From: Deferribacterales bacterium
Lineage (GTDB): Bacteria; Chrysiogenota; Deferribacteres; Deferribacterales; Geovibrionaceae
Reading direction: 5' to 3'
DNA: 64,000 bases
Assembly (NCBI GenBank): GCA_050251875.1
Contig: JBFWMA010000002.1
Coordinates: 96,001-160,000 of the forward strand
Each line of letters begins with the position of its first letter. Positions within the stretch are counted from its first letter, which is position 1. Both the position numbers and the translations under genes were made by a program. Of this stretch, positions 59,599 through 64,000 are shown piece after piece. The notes beneath the pieces are model-generated. The model ran no database searches. It saw only the letters and a program-made list of their open reading frames with translations, and was not told where the DNA came from.

Positions 59599-60773
59599 CT
59601 GATGCTCTCCCCGGCGTCCGTAACGGCGCTCTTCCATGCCGGAATGATTACCGATGCCGTATAGACAGGCACGACCGACAGAAATATGATCGCTGTGTCC
59701 GCTATAGAAAAACTGAAAGGCAGAACAAATTCCGGGCGGAGATAGGAATATCCGGTGAATACATTCTTCAGAAGGGGAGCGTGGAAGACAAAAACATATG
59801 GAAGAGCCAGAAAAATTCCCAGCAGAAAAGCGAACACAGCCACAGCTGCCGCTTCATAAAATTTTATCTTCAGAATATCGCTCACCGTATATCCCAGCGC
59901 CTTCAGAACGGCGATCTCTTTCTGCTCTTCTCTGCCTATCCCTGTGAATCTGTCCGCCGCGATGACGAAGAAAGTGAACAGACAGACTGAGAATATCAGC
60001 AGAAATATTCCGCTTTTATAGTCGAACATGTTCTGATACATGGCTTTTATTTTTTCCTTAGTGATGATGACACAGTCGGGGTTCATTGCGGATATCTTGT
60101 CCGCTATGGTGTCTGTCTCCACAGGGTTGGGCACAAAGACGGCAATATCCGTGGCTCTGTTTTCCGCTATGCCCAGGATATCCGCCGCCGTTTCCTGATT
60201 CATCAGGATGGTGGATGACGATATCATGCCGGACTGGGGTCTGAACACGGTTCCTGTCTTCATGGTGACGTATTCGCCGTCCGGCTTCTGAAAGCTGAAC
60301 TCATCGTGGTTATATATTCTTCTGATGGTGTCTGCCAGCTTTGCCCCTGTTATCATGCCGTCCGGCTTCATCAGGGTTTCCATCCCGCCGCCTGTAACGG
60401 CGGTCTCTATGTCATTCGGCAGGTGTTCGGCGAAGACGTCCACACCTACGATGGTTATGTTCGAGTTAAGGTATTCGTATCTGTATGTGCCCCATATTCT
60501 GGGCACGGCGTAGCTGACCCCGGGGATCTCCAGCAGGGCATCGGCTGTGTCTCTGCGGATGAACTGTCTTTGTCCCGCTGTCTGCTTCTGCACTATGATG
60601 TCCGGCATGGTGTCCAGAGTGTATGAAGCCTCCAGCCTCAGAGCTCCGGTTATGTAAAACACAGACGCCGACAGAAAAATGATAAGGGTGAATATCAGAG
60701 ATATGAATATATATTTGCCCTTTCTGGCGGAGATAGAGCCGAGGGCGAATTCGAGCAGTTTCAGGTTTATCAT
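59595..60773 (-). CDS. LolE/FtsX (MacB-type) ABC permease
   Basis: TM, large periplasmic domain, 3 TMs; EIAVLKALG motif. Confidence 0.9.
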   Translation of the reverse strand: MINLKLLEFALGSISARKGKYIFISLIFTLIIFLSASVFYITGALRLEASYTLDTMPDIIVQKQTAGQRQFIRRDTADALLEIPGVSYAVPRIWGTYRYEYLNSNITIVGVDVFAEHLPNDIETAVTGGGMETLMKPDGMITGAKLADTIRRIYNHDEFSFQKPDGEYVTMKTGTVFRPQSGMISSSTILMNQETAADILGIAENRATDIAVFVPNPVETDTIADKISAMNPDCVIITKEKIKAMYQNMFDYKSGIFLLIFSVCLFTFFVIAADRFTGIGREEQKEIAVLKALGYTVSDILKIKFYEAAAVAVFAFLLGIFLALPYVFVFHAPLLKNVFTGYSYLRPEFVLPFSFSIADTAIIFLSVVPVYTASVIIPAWKSAVTDAGESIR

Positions 60774-61048
60774 GGTCTGTATCCTCTGGAAAAAGATGAA
60801 TATGACGTGTCTGATATGAAAGGGTCATATCTGAGGATATCGGCGGGAAGATCTGATGTGAAATGTCCGCCGTCCGGTTCTTCGGAAAAGAATGAGAAAT
60901 CATTCATCATGACAGAGGCGGTGAACCCCTGTCTGTATGATATTTCGTCAGCGTTCGGAGTCCCGGTGGAACGCAGAATGACTGCCTCCGCCAGAACTCC
61001 CGCTGACAATGCTGTAATGGTTAGAATATAGAGTAAGCTCTTTTTCAT
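60770..61048 (-). CDS. Small membrane-anchored hypothetical protein
   Basis: 92 aa with N-terminal hydrophobic segment; overlaps both neighbours. Confidence 0.7.
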   Translation of the reverse strand: MKKSLLYILTITALSAGVLAEAVILRSTGTPNADEISYRQGFTASVMMNDFSFFSEEPDGGHFTSDLPADILRYDPFISDTSYSSFSRGYRP

Positions 61049-62148
61049 TATTTCAGGAGTTTACTGCTGATCTCCTGAAAACGGTATATTTTTTTACCGT
61101 TATGGTCTTTCATAAAGACTTTCGCGTTGTCTTCAGAACCGAAGGGAATCAGTTCCTCGCCCATAGGACCATAGATGTCTGATCCTGCGACATAGTATGC
61201 CTCTTTGGCGTCTATCGCTTTCTGGCTGTAGTAGTCGCTCACCATCATCTTTTCGGGTTTAATGCCTTTATATCCCCATTTTGCGGGCTCGAAATAGAAT
61301 TTCATCATATCTTTAACACCGTCAAAATAGGCGTCTTTTTTCTCGTTTTTCATGGTGTATGTCATCTGAGCCGCCCAGCGGGGATATTTTGCCACAAACA
61401 TGGCGCAGACGGGGCATCTGGCGTCTTCAGGGACTTTTATAAAGGAATATCCTGTGTCCTGGTTAACCCTGACAACATCCCACAGATAGAGAGCCACTGC
61501 CTGAAGTTTTCCTTCGTTGATATCTTTACAGATGTTGTTGTCTTTGATGTATGCTTTCAGACTGTTGATCTGTTCGAAATTGGCGGGCTCCACGGGGGTG
61601 CAGACTGATTTGTAAACTGATTCTCCCATGGGATACATCATCTTGGTTTTCTTCGCGGTAGTCATGGCAACGTCAGTGCTCATGGATTTCTGAGCGGATT
61701 TGAAGGCTGTGCTGAAATCTGTGATCTCGCCGCCGAACTCTTTTTGAAAAGCGGCTGCGTCATCCATAGACCCGAAGGCTATCTTGCTGGTTTTTGTCAT
61801 TGTTCCGGGAACAGAGCTGCCGACAACGTAAACAGCGTTTTTTACGTTAATCAGTTTTTCTGTTTTGGCATCCACCACAAGAATATTTTTTATCTGCCCC
61901 TCAAGGTTGGGGAAATCGTTTACCAGACAGCGGATAGAGCAGTATTGGCGGGTGTTGCCGTTGTTCAGTTCCACTGCGTGGCTGGTTTTGTAATAGTTTT
62001 TGAGATTCATCCCGCAGATGGGACACCACATTTTCTGGGGTCCTTTCTGGATTATCTCGGGAGTGCCGGAGGCGGTTTTTTCAAACTCAGCCTCGGCAAA
62101 AGCGCAAAGAGAGAAGAGCAGCATAATAACAATCATAAATCTTTTCAT
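61048..62148 (-). CDS. Exported protein with two NosL-like metal-binding domains
   Basis: Signal peptide; CPICGM...YCSIRC...YVVGSSVPGTM and CPVCAM...FDGVKDM...GSDIYGPMGEELIPF...FMKDHNGK. Confidence 0.85.
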   Translation of the reverse strand: MKRFMIVIMLLFSLCAFAEAEFEKTASGTPEIIQKGPQKMWCPICGMNLKNYYKTSHAVELNNGNTRQYCSIRCLVNDFPNLEGQIKNILVVDAKTEKLINVKNAVYVVGSSVPGTMTKTSKIAFGSMDDAAAFQKEFGGEITDFSTAFKSAQKSMSTDVAMTTAKKTKMMYPMGESVYKSVCTPVEPANFEQINSLKAYIKDNNICKDINEGKLQAVALYLWDVVRVNQDTGYSFIKVPEDARCPVCAMFVAKYPRWAAQMTYTMKNEKKDAYFDGVKDMMKFYFEPAKWGYKGIKPEKMMVSDYYSQKAIDAKEAYYVAGSDIYGPMGEELIPFGSEDNAKVFMKDHNGKKIYRFQEISSKLLK

Positions 62149-62302
62149 TCTCGGTCTCCTGTGAGTTTAAAAGATTTTAACACAATAATGGTATAGTTCA
62201 AATCGTTTTTGAGCGAAAGGTTATTTGTCGTGAATGTGAAATATGGTTTTTTCCTGTGATATTTTAGTGTAAAATTAATCATCTGAAAAACAGGCGGACG
62301 GA

Positions 62303-63082
62303 ATGAGACATTTTTATTTTACTGTTTTATTAACCATTCTTACTATCACTGCCGTATCCTGCGGAGCGCCGAATCCTCTGGAAAAAGACAATACTTCCAG
62401 AGAGATACTGGTCTATTCGGCTATGGCTGTTTCAGACGCTGTGGCTGACATCACCGATCTGTACAACCAGACGTCCGGATGCCGTGCCGTGGTTCTATAC
62501 GGAGGCAGCTCTCATCTGAAATACGCAGTGGAGGCAACACATCTGGGAGATGTTTTCATCCCCGGCATAGGACTGCACAACGACCAGCTATCGGATAAAA
62601 AAATCATTCTCCGTGTGGAGAAGATAGGATATTACACTCCCGTGCTTTATGTCAGAAAGAACAATCCTCTGCGGATCACCGGAGATTTGTCCGCTCTGAC
62701 AGATCCCACCATCCGTGTGGGGCTTGGGTCGCCTGTTTCCAGCGGAATAGGTCTGGTGACGGCTGATCTGCTGAAAAAAGAGGGCGTTTATGACGAAGTG
62801 ATGCACAACGCCGTTGTGCTGGCTTCTGATTCCAGACAGCTGATGAACGAGCTGACAGAGGGACGTGTGGATGTCGTGATAGGCTGGGCTCACTCCGGAT
62901 CGGAGGACTATTTCTCCCGAGATATCGCCGCCATCGCTCTGAACACAGAAGTCAAGGGCGTTCCGATGTCTATAGGGCTTCTGAAATACACAAAAAACAG
63001 GGAATGTTCCGAAAAATTTATTGAGATGGCAGTGTCCGAGCAGGGAAAAGCAGTCTTTAATAAATATTCGGATATCGAATAA
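62303..63082 (+). CDS. ModA-like oxyanion-binding lipoprotein
   Basis: Lipobox AVSC; YGGSSHL, GDVFIPG, VRKNNPLRI, GLGSPVSSGIG patterns of the molybdate-binding fold. Confidence 0.75.
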   Translation: MRHFYFTVLLTILTITAVSCGAPNPLEKDNTSREILVYSAMAVSDAVADITDLYNQTSGCRAVVLYGGSSHLKYAVEATHLGDVFIPGIGLHNDQLSDKKIILRVEKIGYYTPVLYVRKNNPLRITGDLSALTDPTIRVGLGSPVSSGIGLVTADLLKKEGVYDEVMHNAVVLASDSRQLMNELTEGRVDVVIGWAHSGSEDYFSRDIAAIALNTEVKGVPMSIGLLKYTKNRECSEKFIEMAVSEQGKAVFNKYSDIE

Positions 63083-63084
63083 AA

Positions 63085-64000
63085 ATGAATAAAAAGATTA
63101 TTTATTTCACATTATTTTATGTGGTTTTTGCCTCGCTGGCGCTGTTTTCGGTGATCAGCATAGAGAACTATGCCATTAAACGGTCGGCGTATATGGACAG
63201 TCTGGTGTCCAACGCCCACGCCAAGATGGATATTCTCAGCCATGTAAAGATCAATATCGGGAATCTGAAATATTACGCATACGGCTATTCTGTGTCTGAT
63301 TCATTCAGCGAAACGGATAAATATGAACGGTCAATTTCCGGAATCTTGGTTCTGCTCAGAAAGAATCTGGATATTCTTTCGTCCGGAGGCACAGTGGAAG
63401 AGACGGTGCCTGTGGGCGCGCCGAACTCTTTTACAGGGAACTATAAGATAAAATATGAAAAGCTCTATGAAGAGGGATATGACCTGAACATCATAGAGAT
63501 GCGGGCTCTGCTGGCGGAGCTGACTATTCTGACGGATGATTTCCGCAACCTGCTCTCTAACAAGATAATAGCCGAACAGTCTGGCAACCTGCCTGTTCTG
63601 AATCTTTATAAAAGAAAACTGAGCGTGGACGAGAAGGAGCTCCAGACATTTTTTAACGTGTTTTCCGGTTCTGCCGACAGATATTATCTGTCTGCTGTAC
63701 GGGATATCGCCGTTCTGGAAAAATTCCGCTCAGACCAGATGAAAACGCTTAACAGAATCAAAAACTATGTCTGTATCATCTGCGCCTTACTCTGTGTGGG
63801 CGCCGGAATCCTGCTCTATATTTATGTCGTAAGGATGTTCAGGGAGAACAGCGGATATCAGGTGAGGGTAAAGAGCATCACGGATGATTTCAACACTTCG
63901 CTGAACGCCAGAACAAAAGAGCTGAGCACCGAGCTGGCGGAGAGAACCTCCGAACTGACGGTATTCAAAACAAAATACAAAGAACTGAAGAGGATTTTCG
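63085..64000 (+). CDS. N-terminal part of a membrane sensor (TM-periplasmic domain-TM-coiled coil), truncated by the window end
   Basis: Open frame from ATG 63085 (MNKKIIYFTLFYVVFASLALFSV...) to the window end; second TM then NARTKEL...ERTSEL signalling-helix pattern. Confidence 0.7.
   Translation, partial: MNKKIIYFTLFYVVFASLALFSVISIENYAIKRSAYMDSLVSNAHAKMDILSHVKINIGNLKYYAYGYSVSDSFSETDKYERSISGILVLLRKNLDILSSGGTVEETVPVGAPNSFTGNYKIKYEKLYEEGYDLNIIEMRALLAELTILTDDFRNLLSNKIIAEQSGNLPVLNLYKRKLSVDEKELQTFFNVFSGSADRYYLSAVRDIAVLEKFRSDQMKTLNRIKNYVCIICALLCVGAGILLYIYVVRMFRENSGYQVRVKSITDDFNTSLNARTKELSTELAERTSELTVFKTKYKELKRIF

Noticed and set aside
57998..62148. Nitrous oxide reductase (nos) operon
   Set aside because: No nosZ, nosD, nosY or nosR in the window, and the transporter is MacB/Lol-type.

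Overview
Mostly core-genome chromosomal DNA of an anaerobic Gram-negative bacterium. Gene content and order resemble Deferribacterales (Denitrovibrio/Seleniivibrio/Geovibrio-like); this is an inference, not a database result. In order: lysS (partial); mreBCD-mrdA-rodA followed by a radical SAM gene and a TIGR02757-type gene; trxA plus a zinc-ribbon gene that probably encodes a penultimate selenocysteine; feoA-feoB-small Cys-rich gene behind Fur-like and FNR-like boxes; an orphan LuxR with a structured leader; PAS-GGDEF; two RRM proteins; an AhbD-like radical SAM; nitrilase; acetate CoA-transferase; nfnAB; tRNA-Leu(CAA) with a downstream mini-element; a sensor kinase; carA-mltG-hypothetical-ppx-DUF445; long-form GAPDH; proVWX plus a second proX; a B12 radical SAM/TetR pair with a tandem palindromic operator; SPFH; yicC-gmk-rpoZ-coaBC-udg with a REP-like doublet; CsgG-like and FlgT-like genes; CHASE2 adenylate cyclase; pfkA-pduO-yqeY-cvpA-mutS2; XRE-cupin; zapE; suhB; an atypical response regulator; wrbA; a NosL/ABC/Cys-rich membrane cluster with no nosZ; and a ModA-like lipoprotein plus a truncated membrane sensor. 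I saw no CRISPR array, prophage, integrase or transposase. The best leads are the putative selenoprotein after trxA, the LuxR leader, the B12 radical SAM/TetR unit and the NosL module.
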